Source: Hydrolagus affinis (Eukaryota). Taken from it: a DNA stretch of 64,000 bases. Shown in pieces: positions 12,446 to 25,048 of this stretch. How positions within the stretch are numbered: the first letter of the stretch is position 1; each line of letters begins with the position of its first letter. The translations under genes and the position numbers were made by a program. The notes under the pieces were generated by a model. The model saw nothing but the letters and a program-made list of their open reading frames with translations, was not told the DNA's origin and searched no databases. Location of the stretch: the NCBI GenBank assembly GCA_012026655.1, contig JAAILG010001506.1, forward strand, positions 1 to 64,000, given 5' to 3'.

Positions 12446-13214
12446 GTAAACAAACTTGTGAATAAAGTGGAAAAACAATTTGAGGATTGATAGGAACTGT
12501 GCGAGAAAATGATCCAAGTATGATCCCCAGAGGAGCCTCAATGCTGATCTAGAGGTGCCCATTCTCCGGAGAATGCCAATTACTGGCTAAACATGCTGAA
12601 GTTCTCAGCCACCAGTCATTTCCAGCAGTTTAGCTGGACCATGTTCCTTGCTAGTTAAAAGCACTCGCGTCTAATTCGAAAACCCTAACGATGAAGTTGC
12701 TCTCGAATGTCCGCGGGCACTTAGCAACTGTGCCATCCACGGCCCGAGCAGAGACCTGATGTATGTGGCAAAGACAAGTTCGCCTCCTAATTATGCAAGC
12801 GACGTTTGTGTGTGTTTGTGAATTTATTTCTCGTCGTTTGCAGCGAAAGAGGGAAACAGTTTAGACAGCAAGTACTGCCTGCTGTTGCGACTGCAGTCTC
12901 TGTGATGTCAAACCGCTATCGAGCTATCGCTTCAAAGCTTTGCACATTTGATGCAAAATAAAATTGTTGCCTTTCTGCAAAGCTAAAATGGCTTGAGGTA
13001 ATAGTCTAACAGCACAATTGAATAGTTTCATTACACATGTGACTGACTTTTAAAATAATTTTTAACAGAGTATAGTAAATACTGAATTAGGCAAAACATT
13101 TCAGAGGTAAATTGTTCAAAATCTGATTCAGTGGGTCTGATGACATAAATAGCTGAATAACTTTTTATATTTATATTTTAATATAATTGATATGTACAAT
13201 AATACATAACAGGC

Positions 13215-13420
13215 TGGAGCAGTTGGTAGGAATCTTGCTTCGGAGTCAGAAGATAGTGGGTTTAAGTATCACATCCGCATACAATACTTTGAACTCGCAG
13301 ATAAGGCTGAAACGCCAATGCCTTGTTGGGGGGAGCGTTGTATTGTCGGAGGGACTGTGTCTTGGATAAGACTGAGTTTCGTCTGTCTGTTCAGGTGAAA
13401 GTCAAAAATCCCATGTTACG
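13215..13420 (+). mobile_element. SacSINE1-like DeuSINE fragment
   Basis: ggagtcagaagatagtgggttt...aggctgaaac...gtcggaggg...tcaggtgaaagtcaaaaatcccatg. Confidence 0.75.
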
Positions 13421-13464
13421 AACCAAAAAGAAAAGCCTTGGTTCAACAATCTCCCAGACTGTGC

Positions 13465-13950
13465 AGTCTTGTAGTCTATTGGTTAGAATACTTAACCTCG
13501 CAAGCAAAAAGAGAATTCCTGGGTTCGATTCCTGACTAGGGTCAAACCTTAGACATGGATCTCTTCTGCTTCCATGTGCCTCGCAGTGAGTAGGAACTTG
13601 ATTGTTAGTCAATTGATGGATCACGTTACAGGGGTAAGTAATGCCTTACAAAAAAAATTGTCGCCATTCAATCCACAACTGTTCGTGGGAAGCCGATGTG
13701 CCCACAAAATATACAGTCAATTCACTTTGCAGTATGTGACGTCAAGCGCTTTTAGATGTCTCAAAGATGTGGTGAAGCAACAATTAGTATATCACGTTAT
13801 AACATTTTTTTTTACCTCAAGGCAATTTGTGGGATGTTTTTGCTGTGTGCAAATTGGCTGCAAAGAGTCGTGGCACACGACAGTAAATCCTGTAAAGTGG
13901 TATTGCCCTCTTGACATAAGGCACTGGATGATATGCAAGGATTATTATTT
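13465..13950 (+). mobile_element. Old tRNA-derived SINE, long variant, with partially duplicated tail
   Basis: tgtagtctattggttaga...gggttcgattcc; Deu and L2-tail segments. Confidence 0.75.
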
Positions 13951-15501
13951 TTACAGCATCCAAACTGGAAATGATAACGTAGCCTCACCAGTGATATGAA
14001 ATCTCGCTATTGGCTTCTGTGACTATTTATAAACTATTCCAGTTGCCTTGGTAGTTGATGGAAACTGATGCTGTCGACATTTATGACAGCAGTTTTATTT
14101 TCATGGATATTCTTCATTGTGTAATTGTGTCTGATCTTTTTAGTACCGGTGCACATTTGCCTTTACATTTCTCACCATTAAGGCACGACTTTTCTTTTAT
14201 CCGTGTAATTGCCACTCGATCTATTCAGTCTGTTGTCGCAAGTCGATTTGCTCTTTCGCCTTCAAAGTGGCCACTCTTTGCAGGCCAGCCCTCTGTTCAT
14301 CGCAAACGGAACCAGACCCGAGTGAATAATAAGCGCCTTAATGCTACAAAGGTGAGCGTGTGTATTCACTCTACATGTGACGACAACTTCCTCTATCCCG
14401 AGAACTCGCGTCCTCTCAAAAGGCATCTAAAAATGTACCTCATTGATGCCGCCCTCCAGCCCTTCCTACCTACTTTCTCTTTAAAATGTTCCAGGACATT
14501 ACTCTGTACGGAAAGCGAATGCAAGTTGTAAAATTTATGTTTATTTTAAACCTGTTTTAACAATATTCATATTCACGCACGCACGCGCACACACACACAG
14601 GAAAATACTATCGAATCCCAAGTTGCCTTTTCACACATCGGCCAGTGTGAATAAGAGAACTTTGATAGGATTTGTTCTTGCTCATCACAGATTTCTTTGC
14701 CCCTTGTCATTTTCTGAAGATAAGGCGGCAAGATTATCTTGGCTACGATAGAGAGATTGGTAAGTCTAAGTCTTGACCCAAGTGGAATTTCTTTCCAGAA
14801 GCAGAAACCTTAACTGATCTCTCTCAAACCCAGGGGCACCGAAAACCAATTCCCCTCCTCCAAAACTGCTGCTCCAGTTTTGATTAGATATGAGTGCGGA
14901 CCAGGATTCAACCTGCAACCTTTCAGTATGGGTTTTGTGCTGGTTGATGAGACCAGCACAAGAGACCATTGAGAGATATAGGTTAAGCAAAGCAACAAGG
15001 ACTTAGCATTTCTACATAAAAAAGAAGAAATATGCCTCCTTTCTGTTTCTAAGCAACAGGAAAGGTACTGTATTTACTTACAGATTAATTAGCATTTGGC
15101 TTTATTCAGAACATGTCATTTCGTCCACTCAACACATTTGCTGATAGTCAGTCAGTCAGTCAAACACAGAATATAACTAGAAAATACAAGGCAATCTTCC
15201 CTGTCTCTAGGTAATCCACATTATAGGCTTCTTGGCCCCCTTTAGGATAACAGAAGTTGTTGCAGCTAGACATCTAAATTCAATTGGTCTGAAAACTGTT
15301 TTTGCTGTATAAAACCCAATTGCTCTCAGTTATTGATCCAATCACTCCATCCTCTCACTGTGATTGGAATCTTTTTCCAGTTTAACCCTACATAAACTTT
15401 ACAGTCGTTGACAAAACTTGCACTTGACAATAATTACTGCAAAATACGCTTGTTCCTACTTGATTAGGTGTGAGAAAAATGAAAGTTATTTTTCTTACTG
15501 G

Positions 15502-15770
15502 TTAATAATAATCCTTGCATTTGATATAGCGCTTTTCACATCTTATTGACGTCTCAAAGCGCTTCACAGAATATACTGTAAAGTGAATTGACTGTATATT
15601 TTTGGTCGAAACGCTGCAGCCAATTGCGCACAGCAACGTCCCCACAAACAGTCGTGGATTGAAATGACCAATTTTATTATTGTGTTTTTCTTTTTGAGGG
15701 ATTATTATCAGGCGTGTGGAGTAAGGAAACTTGCCCAAGGTTTCACCCTGACCTGCCTGGATTCAAACAC
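15502..15770 (-). mobile_element. tRNA-derived SINE, 5'-truncated
   Basis: Near-consensus copy of the family. Confidence 0.9.
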
Positions 15771-15945
15771 AGTGAGTGATGACTGACATTTTTGAAGGGG
15801 TGGGAACAGTGCCAGGGGAGACTGGGAGAGGTTGATGATGTCTGTGTGTAGAAGGGCAAGGAGGTGGAGCTGGGAGGTGAGGAGAGGGGTAGAGATGGTA
15901 TTGAGGGAACAGGAGGCAGGTTTCATGTGGGGGGCAATGCAGAAA

Positions 15946-16068
15946 TAAGAACATAAGAATTAGGAGCAGGAGTAGGCCATTCTGCCCCTCGAGCCTGCTC
16001 CGCCATTCAATAAGATCATGGCTGATCTTCTCACCTAACTCTGATTACCTGCCCTATCCCCATATCCC
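15946..16068 (-). mobile_element. Young CR1 3' end
   Basis: ataagaacataagaattaggagcaggagtaggccattc is the reverse complement of a CR1 tail. Confidence 0.9.
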
Positions 16069-17059
16069 CTAATCCCTCTATTTTTCAATAGAGGCATCAA
16101 ATATAACCCCTTATAAGAAGAGGGTTATGTAAAAAACAATGGAAATGTAAAAATAAAGTTTTTAAAAATGTAAATTGTAAAAACTAAGTCATTTGTTGTT
16201 ATTGTTATTGTTTGGCTACAATTATTTTATTCTGTTGTCAAACATGTCACCTGATGCCAGTCCAGCTCCAAGGAGACTCTGCGTATCTTTCTCCGATGAC
16301 ATTTACTAGTTGGTCATTTTGCTGTCAAAGACAAGTTCTCACTGAAAACTGAAGGAAATAAATCTATTAAATACATTGGACTCAACACTCCACCAAAGAC
16401 TGGTGATCGTAAGTTTTACATTTGCACACAATTATGGAAAACTTCTTCAATCCAATCTTAATTCGGAAGTCAGTTGACCACAGTTCTTAAAAAGATCTGG
16501 CTTCCAAATTCAAGATGGTACAGTCCAAATTCTCTGCAATATTAAATGCTTGGAGAAATGGCTACTGCAGGATGTGATTTGTTGGAATTTCAGTTGAATA
16601 GATGGGAGACAGAGACAAAGCACAAATCACAAAATAATAAACATCATGCATCTTATCTAGACACTGAGGGCTTCTCTTTGAGTATTCCAGTTAACTGCAT
16701 TTTTACTTTGTGCCAGTGATAAGCTAAGGGTTCAATCACTGAATAGCAGCAATGATTAAATACAGTCCTTTATGATATCAAAACTAGCTACTTGTTCTCT
16801 ATAAATCAGCTGCAGATAGAATACCAACAGATCAGAAAATCAAGCAAAAATAGTGAAAAGATACAAATGACACGATTAGGTTCTCTTCTGGTCTTCAAAC
16901 CCCCCACCCTGCAAACTTTTATTTTGACAGTGCCTTTGCTACAGCTTCCTTTCCTGCTCAGTGATTCACATTATCATTGAGAAGTGCTTTAATTTGCTCA
17001 TTGGCGCTAGATTGTTGTCGAAGCTGAGTTTGTTTTTGCTCAGCTGAGCGTCTCTAATA

Positions 17060-17785
17060 CATGTGAATATCCATCATCTTGCTCGGGAGTATTCAGGCAG
17101 ACGAAGAGTTCTCAAGGTAATCTCCCTGGGTTTAGAATGCATTGCATACTCCCTCTCTGTAGGGACATACGCTGATGACCTAATTCCGGAGACTATTAGG
17201 TGCAGGTCGGTGAGAGGGAAGGGTTGGGGTCCCGAGGCCTGGCCGATGAGCGCGACTTGCCGATCTGCTTTTAGCAGTACCTTGGAGTACCTCATACCTG
17301 CTTGGTTAAGGAGCCAGATGCTTAAGACTGCCAAAGAGAGAGGGTTGACTTGATTTGAAAATGCTTGAATCCAATGATCAGACGACCCAACATTTTTCGC
17401 AATCGGAATTAAAGTTCCAAGCCTAGAGAACGCTGATCAGGGGCTCCTGATCGGGAGAGTGTAACCCGGGCAATTGCATTGAGCCCTGAAGCCAGTCCAG
17501 GGCCCTAAGTGCATCCAGTGAGATGTTTAAGGATCTCAGATTTTCCTGGTCTGAGGTGAGGTGCGTCGATCTTGGCTTTATCGTTCACTAGCAACTTTAC
17601 ACCTTCGGCAGTGACTTATTGGACTGCGACAACTGGTAATGGTGGAGATACAATAAATAATATTTAGCACTTCAAATTTAGTATTGCTGTATGACAGTAG
17701 GTAGTATTAGAATAAATGCTTAGTAAGATGTCGGGGGCCCAAAAGGAACCCCCAAGGCAAACACCAATGCAGTACTCCCGGACTG
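17060..17785 (-). mobile_element. Ancient degenerate CR1-clade RT fragment
   Basis: Minus translation gives GVCLGGSFWAPDILLSIY (~GVPQGSILGPLLFxIY), VKLLVNDKAKI (~VKLFADDAKI) and LIVSGIRSSAY (~KLVPGLRxLSY). Confidence 0.65.
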
Positions 17786-17789
17786 TGAC

Positions 17790-17982
17790 ACATGTGACTC
17801 AGTCCTTGAACATATTCAAGACTGAGATTGATAGATTTCTTGTGGATAAAGGGATTAAGGGATATAGGGATAAGGCGGAGGCAGGTGGAGTGAGATTAGA
17901 AGATCAGCCGTGATCTTATTGAATGGCGGGGACAGGCTCGAGGGGCTGAATGGCCTACTCCTGCTCCTAATTCTTATGTTTT
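17790..17982 (+). mobile_element. Young CR1 3' end
   Basis: SLNIFKTEIDRFL...; tail aatggcctactcctgctcctaattcttatg. Confidence 0.9.
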
Positions 17983-18295
17983 TATTTTGAAATGTGGAAA
18001 TGTTCTATGAAATACAAGCCTTTAGTATTGATGAGAATGGAAGAGTTGCTCATGAATTTGAATTATATCTCTTGAATAAAGGAACCTGATATTGTTTCAG
18101 CTTTAATGACATACAGAACAAAAAGAACAGAATCATACAGTTGTACAGCAAAGAGGAGGTCATTCAGCCTACCATGTCTGAACCGGCTCTCTTAGAAGCG
18201 CTTTATCCAAATCAATCTCACTCCCCTGAGCCCTACAAACTTGTCCTCCCCAAATAATTATCTAACAGCGGGAGTTAAAGTTATCCCAAGGGGCT

Positions 18296-18485
18296 AATAA
18301 TAATAATTGTTGCATTTCAATAGCACTTTTCACATCTTCTAGGCGTTTCAAAGCTCATCACAGAATATACTGTATGTGAATTGACTGTATATGTGGGCGA
18401 ACCGTGGCAGCCAAATGTGTCTCACACCGTCGTGGGTTGAAATGTCCAATTTGTTTTTGAGGGAGTATTATTAGGCTTGGTGGAG
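18296..18485 (-). mobile_element. SINE 3' fragment
   Basis: Family tail and Deu segment. Confidence 0.8.
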
Positions 18486-19218
18486 TCACAGCAGTTTTCT
18501 GAAGTTATGAGGATAACAACACATTGCTTCATAGTAATATTTCGGTATTTTTGTTAGAATCTGAATGTGAAAACCCACACTGCCGTGTCTAGAAATTACT
18601 TTCCCCAATTGTATGTGCAATATGAACTACAACGATACACAAATGTGGGCTGGAACATGTTAACAGAGGAGTACAGACGCGCAAATGCTATTTGTAACAC
18701 AAATGTTTGACTAAAATAAAATTGTAGTCAAATAAAATTGTTGGCATTTCAATCTGTAAGCTTGAACACAAAATTTAGGACCAGAGACCATAAAATACAT
18801 ATGCTTCACAAAATACAGCACTTATTGAACGTCAAATTATTCAGCATGCAATTCAAAACCTTATTAAAGTAATAATAATCCTTGCATTTTACACAGGGAC
18901 TTTCATGTCAGAAAAGCGTTTTCACATTTCACAGGATATACTCTAAATTGGAGTGATTGTGCAATTTTTTTTGTTGGTGAATGCAGCAGGGAATTTGCGC
19001 ACAGCAATAGCCCATAACTTAAATGACCAATTATATCTGTGACATTGTTACCTAGGACACTGAGAGAAAGTCTTTTTAAAATAATGAGAATGGGAGATCT
19101 TGGTTTTTACACCACAGCCGGACGACAGCACCACTAGTAGTGCAATACTCCCCCAGCACTATATTGGAATGTCAGCCTAGGCTATACTGAAGTCAGTGGA
19201 CACACAACCTTCTGTCTC

Positions 19219-19370
19219 CCTTCCTTCCCCATCCGCAGGTTACCCCTGAAGATTTATTTGACCATGCCTATGGTCACCTACCCCTCCCTCCCGACTCCGA
19301 GTCATTCTCCGCCACTGTCAAGTACTCTACGACGCTACCCTGCATGAGCAGTGCTATATAAATGCAAGTC
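19219..19370 (+). mobile_element. L2 3' end
   Basis: ctgaagatttatttgaccatgcct...gtgctatataaatgcaagt. Confidence 0.7.
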
Positions 19371-19371
19371 T

Positions 19372-19685
19372 GAATCCTGTAGCTCAGTGGTTAGAGCGCT
19401 CGCCTTACAAGCGTGAGACCTGTGTTTCGAATCCAGGCAGGTCAGGGTGAAACCTTGGGTAAGTTTCCTTACCCACACGCCTAATAATAAATCCCCCTCC
19501 AAAAAAACAATAATAAAATTGGTCATTTCAATCCACGACTGTGTGGGACACACTGCTGTGTGCAATTGGCTGCCGCGTTTCACCCACAAACAAATCGAGT
19601 CATTTTACAGTATATTCTTTGAAGCGCTTTGAGACGTCTAGAAGGCGTGACAAGCACTATATCAAATGCAACGATTATTGTTAAT
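19372..19685 (+). mobile_element. Full-length tRNA-Val-derived SINE (SINE2-1_CM-like)
   Basis: A box tagctcagtggttaga, anticodon arm ctcgccttacaagcg, B box gtttcgaatcc, Deu segment, L2-like tail. Confidence 0.95.
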
Positions 19686-20329
19686 ACAAGTTATTGTTGT
19701 AAGGTGAGACTGCTACCAACACTGAGCCATGCTGATCCCTGAGAGGAAGTAAGACACGATTAAACTATTCAGGAGAGAAGCACATGCATGATTGCAATAA
19801 ACATAATTACAAGGAACGTTCTCTTAAAATCTCCAGCTGAGAAATTGTTACCCCCTTCAATAAAGTTCATCTCTCTCACCCACCCGTCGCGAGCACTCAG
19901 CTGGCACTACAAGATTGCAAAGCTGAACTGGAGACACCTATTTTAAATGAAGGCAGCACGGGCCCAAGTTCTCTGTTGAGCAGGCGGGTGCACAGATTTT
20001 TGGCCACCTCTTTAAACAGTGGGACGCAAGCAATCTCTTGCGGTGATGGAAAGGCACAGTAAACCAAAGGATTGATGGCTGCTGCAATTTGAACAGCCAC
20101 AGGCTGAGGGGTGAGAATCACCGACAATCCCTCCAAACCTATTGTCAACGTTTGATATATCCCATTAGTTAGCTGTGTTCTGCCTCTCCGATAAAGTCAG
20201 GTAGGGTCACTCTGGGTCAGATTGTCACAAAAGGTAAGTTTCCATCCCCTGATGCTTTTGCCTTTTTTTTTTGACCAGATTGTACTCGTGTAAAGGCCAT
20301 TCCAGCCAAGTCCAAATTGCAGGAGAATT

Positions 20330-20620
20330 TGCTGGCGTTATACAAAGCCTGGTCTGAATGCAATTTTGTTCAGTTGGCAATGTAAAGCTTTGCAAATATC
20401 AGGAATGTGGCTTCTAATTGGCGACGCTTCCTCATAATGGGCTAATTGATTTTAATTCGCTGATCATAATAATTTACAATGCGTTAAATAAATGTTGAAA
20501 CGACTTGAGTAGTTCAAACTGGGATTCAAAGTACTCGTTATCGCCTCCATGATAACATATTGCCCAGCGGTCATTAGATTGTGCGGATATTCTCAATGTT
20601 ATGAAAGCGGTAAGAAAATG
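20330..20620. promoter_or_regulatory. Putative conserved non-coding enhancer
   Basis: Non-repetitive, retains CpGs, dense TAAT/ATTA homeodomain cores (ctaattg, taattgattttaattcg, cattag). Confidence 0.3.
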
Positions 20621-20989
20621 TGAATAGAAAGGGAGACAGGCTGGCAAGGCAAACAGAGAGGAAAGGAAGAGAAGAAAGTGGAGAAAGTAGAAAGCTGAAA
20701 GATCGTACTGGTCTGTTCTCTGGAGAATTGTGGAGTTTACCAGTGAATAAGACTGCACAGAGGTTTAATAAAATCCACAACAGTTGTAACTTAATCCACT
20801 TAGGTTTGTTACTCCCCATCACTCCCTTTGTGATTAAATAACTCTGGAACTCAGTGGTGCATTTAAATAAAACAAGACGATAAAACCTTATGATAATCCA
20901 AGTTACATTGTTGTGGTCTAGTGAAAATAACGCTGTACTTTGATAGTGATTTCAAGAGTGCCTTGGTGTGTACCACAGTGAATTTATCC

Positions 20990-21385
20990 GTCTGCGTCAC
21001 CATCCACGGATGCACACTCCATCTCACTAAACCAGTCCAGAACTTTGGTGTCTTCTTTGACCCTCAACTATCCTTTCTACTCCACGTTCATGCCGTGACC
21101 TGCTCTGCCTTCCCCCACCTCCGCAACATTACCCTGTCTCACACCGCCAGCCACCGAAACTTCCCATATGTGAATCCATTACATCCAGGCTTGACTATGC
21201 TAATTTGTTGCTTGGCAGTCTCCCCAACATCTTCCACAGGCTGCAGATCATCCAGAACTCGACAGCCCGTAGCCTCTCCCGCACTAGGTTCCATGACTAT
21301 ATCCTCCCAACCCATGCCTGACTCCACTGGCAATATTGTCTGTCCAGCATCTTGGGACGTAAATATAATATTGTTGTTGTTATTA
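20990..21385 (+). mobile_element. L2 fragment
   Basis: LHLTKPVQNFGVFFDPQLSFLLHVHAVTCSAFPHLRNI. Confidence 0.9.
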
Positions 21386-22556
21386 TCTTAAAAATATACA
21401 TACAATTATGTATTTTGAAGCACAGGGTTCAATTTCTCTTTGTACTTGGACAAAAGTACCGATAGATGCAGGGAAAAAAACACTTTTTTTGGTTACTTTT
21501 CTGTGCTACAACAAACATTCACCTCCACTCTTTGCAGCAATGATCTTAAACGAGGCAATATCATTAAAGTAAATGAACTCGTTGATTCCTGAAATCGTCA
21601 TTGTTAAGAGCATTGAAAGGGACAATTCCCATTCTGTTTTTTTCAGCCGCAAAACGATAATGATGCTAAGTTTCACCTGGTTAGCTGATGACATCAAATG
21701 GACTTCCATTCTGGACTCTCCTGTGAGAATGGTGACACAATACTGCAGATGAATCTTGTTTGCGCTAATTTGGTACAGATGGAGGTGAATTGATAAAGGA
21801 GTGGTTGAAGATGAGGCTGGCTTGGGCATTTTCTTGATCGTACAAATGACCCAGTTTACACGACTGTGCAGTGCCTGATATTGTAGCATCCTATCAAAGA
21901 ATTCCTTTCCATTTTTACCTGGCGCGGCTGCCTGTAGCCATAATAACTGAGAGGATGTATTTGCGGGAAAAAAAATCAGATTTGAATTTTATTTTTTTCC
22001 CTTGGATCTCGTAGTATGGAACAGGAAGTACCATTGCGCCCTATTCAAATAATGGAATCTTACTCCCAATTCCTTTTCGGTTGATTTTTTTTCCCCCCCA
22101 AAGTCCATCTGTTTACTGGAGTCCAGTTATGTACTTTTTGTAGCTACATCTCACCTTCCTCTGCTGCTGCTGCTGCTGTTGTTGTTGTTGTTGAAGTGCT
22201 GATTGTCCTTCTGGACTTCTTTGTAGACCGAGTGGTTTGTTAATATGAAGGTGGGGGTGGTGGTGGGGGGGGGTTTGATAAATTGAATATTAAATTTGAT
22301 TCCCTAGGATCAGAAATAGGGCTTTTTGAATCCGAAGATAGAGTTTTAAAAGGGACAACTTGAAAATAATATTTTAAATAATCGGTATTTTAAAAATTAT
22401 GCAGCTTTGTGTTATCCGAGTCTTTACAAATCCTTTTTTTTGCTAAAGTACGGGATTGCTGTTTGTCAAAACGATCCTCCGCAAGATGTTACTCATGATT
22501 TTGCAACCACCTGAAACACAGAAGAATCTCTGAATGGTTGAGAGAGATGTCAATTT

Positions 22557-23060
22557 ATAATAATAACAATCCTTGCATTTGATACAGAGCCTCATCATGT
22601 TGCTGAGATGTCTCAAAACACTTCACAGAATGGTACGTCTCAACACAGAATACTTATTGAAAAACAAATAACACTGTGGAATCCTGCAGCTCAGTGGTTA
22701 GAGCACTCGCCTTACAAGCGAGAGACCTGGGTTCAATTCCCGGCAGGGTGAAACCTTGGGCAAGTTTCCTCACTCCACACACCTGATAATAATCCCTTAA
22801 AAAATAATAAATTTGGGCATTTCGATCCACAACTGTTTGTGGGACGCTGCTGTGCGCAATTGGCTGCCATATTCTGCCCACAAATATATACAGTCAATTC
22901 ACTTGACAGTATATTCTGTGAGACTCTTGAAGATGTGAAAAGTGCTACATCAAATGCAAGGATTATCATTATTATATTGTAAAGTGAATTGACTGTGTAC
23001 TTTGTAGGCACAGCTGTGACCCACAGACAGTCAGAGATCGAGTGGCCCCAATTTTCGTTT
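22557..23060 (-). mobile_element. Older minus-strand SINE split by a plus-strand copy
   Basis: Tail at 22557-22635 resumes at ~22975 (tgtaaagtgaattgactg). Confidence 0.7.
22678..22974 (+). mobile_element. Full-length tRNA-Val-derived SINE
   Basis: ggaatcctgcagctcagtggttagagcactcgccttacaagcgag... Confidence 0.95.
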
Positions 23061-23345
23061 GGGGGATTTTGCTGCAGCTTTTTCTGTGGAATTACAATAC
23101 AATACAATTTATATTTGTATGATGCATTTCAGATTGGGAAGAAGTACCAAAGTGCTTTACAATGCTGCATTGGCACCCAATCCAGGGCTGCGGAGCTGGG
23201 GAGCGAGAAGGGCTTTGACCAAAAGTCAATATATATTTTTTGATGGAGTAAAGTTAGTAATTGATGTGCACATTGAGTGAAATGTATCATCCTCCCGTTC
23301 TAAACAGAAATCCTGAGGTATACTCCCATGCGACAACTGGCAAGG

Positions 23346-23790
23346 AGAACATAAGACCATAAGAATTAGGAGCAGGNNNNNNNNNNNNNNNNNNNNNNNN
23401 NNNNNNNNNNNNNNNNNNNNNNNNNNNNNNNNNNNNNNNNNNNNNNNNNNNNNNNNNNNNNNNNNNNNNNNNNNNNCTGATCTTCTGACCTAACTCTAAT
23501 TACCTGCCCTATCCCCATATCCCCTAATCCCTCTATTTTTCAAAAATCTATCAGTCTCAGCCTTGAAAATGTTCAAGGACTGAGCATCTACAGCCTTCTG
23601 GGGTAGTGAATTCCATAAATTCACTACCCTCTGAGTGAAGAAATGTTCTAAAAGGCTGACCCTTAATTTTAAGCTTATGACCTCTGGTTATAGATTCTCC
23701 TACCAGGGGAAACAGTCCCTCAGTGTCTACTTTATCCAGCCCTTTAAGAATTTTATATATTTCAATAAGATCTCCCCTAATTCTTTCAGT
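23346..23790 (-). mobile_element. Young CR1 3' fragment with 100-N gap (23377-23476)
   Basis: RIRGDLIEIYKILKGLDKVDTEGLFPLVGESITRGHKLKI. Confidence 0.95.
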
Positions 23791-24369
23791 TGTTGGATCA
23801 CATCCTTGTTGGAGAGTTGGATCACGAAGGTGCCTGCCCAAAAAGAAGACATTAGCAGGATACATGCTACTGGGTAAACACAATCATTTATTTGTCTTGC
23901 GTTTGATGGCCTGACCTCGGGTCTCAGAGTAACAAATTTAATGGTAGCTCAGAAGAATTGAATTGCCATTTCAGATTGGGTGAAACTAAGCCTCGAGACT
24001 GGATTGAATGGCTTTACACATCTTGACATGGATTTAACATGTTGAGAAATGTTTTATGCTTGCTGATTAAAAAAAAAGCCTGGGCTGTTGAGTTGATTAT
24101 TGGCGAGTGGATGCAATCTATTCGCCTCGCGCACTACATTTCCAAATTAAAGAATGGCTGGAAGCTGCATTAAAAGCATGCTTTGTTACACTGAAACACT
24201 TCCTCTGTACAGTTCAGTGGAATGAACATCCACTAGACTCCTAACACTATGGTTCCTGCAGCAATGGTAATTGCTTCAGAATAGCGGGCCCCGATGAAGA
24301 CACTTCAATGTTGGAACACAAAGGGTAGGGTAAAACAATTAACTACTTTGAACTACGTGTGAACGTGAA

Positions 24370-24900
24370 CCGTTGAAAGGCCCAAATAGTCCACACCCTC
24401 CAAGCAAGCGCGGCAAAAGAAAATGCAGTTTGTGAGGTCAATTTTTGAGCGTGAACCCCGGGTTAGCTTCAAGCTGACGTGTTTTCACAGGACTTCAGTG
24501 CTATAAGCCAGGCAGAGCTATAATGGGACTCCGTGTTTTAGGAACCATATTTGCAGACTGTCTTAGCATTTTTTTTAGGGTCAGCTGGGTGTTAGGAACA
24601 TGTGAAAACTCATCACCGGGCTTCAGAGTATCCAAACTGAGATCTCTACACATCCCCACCTTACGCATGGAAAATTCCAAAGACAGATTGTTGGACTGGA
24701 ATGCGCAATCTCTCCCTTGAGGGACGCATCGATGCTTACATAATTGCCTAATTCCTGAAAGTATTAGGTGTAGGTTGGCAGGAGCCAAGCCTTAGGGGCC
24801 TCAGAGTGTGCGTTATGGTACAACTGGAGTTTAACCAACTGGAACCGCACGGTTTGCCATTGATATTGCTTTCCTGCTGCTTGTCCAGCGAGGACTGTTT
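24370..24900 (-). mobile_element. Ancient CR1-clade fragment, same family as 17060-17785
   Basis: aattcctgaaagtattaggtgtaggttggc resembles aattccggagactattaggtgcaggtcgg; peptide NLHLILSGIR. Confidence 0.6.
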
Positions 24901-24901
24901 C

Positions 24902-25048
24902 CAAACACAAAATATTACAGATGCTGGAAATCTGAAACAAAACAGAAGTTGCTGGGGAACCTCAGCAGGTCAGGCAGCATCCATAGAGAAAGGAAAGTGA
25001 GTCAACGTTTCGGGTCCACGATCCTTCGTCAGAACACGACCCTTTGTC
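24902..25048 (-). mobile_element. Penelope-like element terminal-repeat fragment
   Basis: cagatgctggaaatctgaaacaaaacagaa...ctcagcaggtcaggcagcatc...aacgtttcgggtc; direct repeat aggactgtttc at 24891-24901 and 25049-25059. Confidence 0.8.
25001..25035 (-). ncRNA. Minimal hammerhead ribozyme motif (PLE type)
   Basis: Minus strand GTT-CTGACGA-A-GGATC-GTG-GACCC-GAAAC-GTT-GAC. Confidence 0.7.

Larger units (their letters stand above)
18870..19735 (-). mobile_element. SacSINE1-like DeuSINE split by nested L2 and SINE insertions
   Basis: caaccttctgtctc (~19205-19218) continues as aaggtgagactgctaccaacactgagcc (~19701-19728). Confidence 0.75.

Noticed and set aside
14055-14531. 158-aa ORF
   Set aside because: No recognisable domain; composition looks non-coding
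19372-19445. tRNA-Val(TAC)-like sequence (also in the other SINE heads)
   Set aside because: It is the SINE head; no proper acceptor stem and it continues into the SINE body
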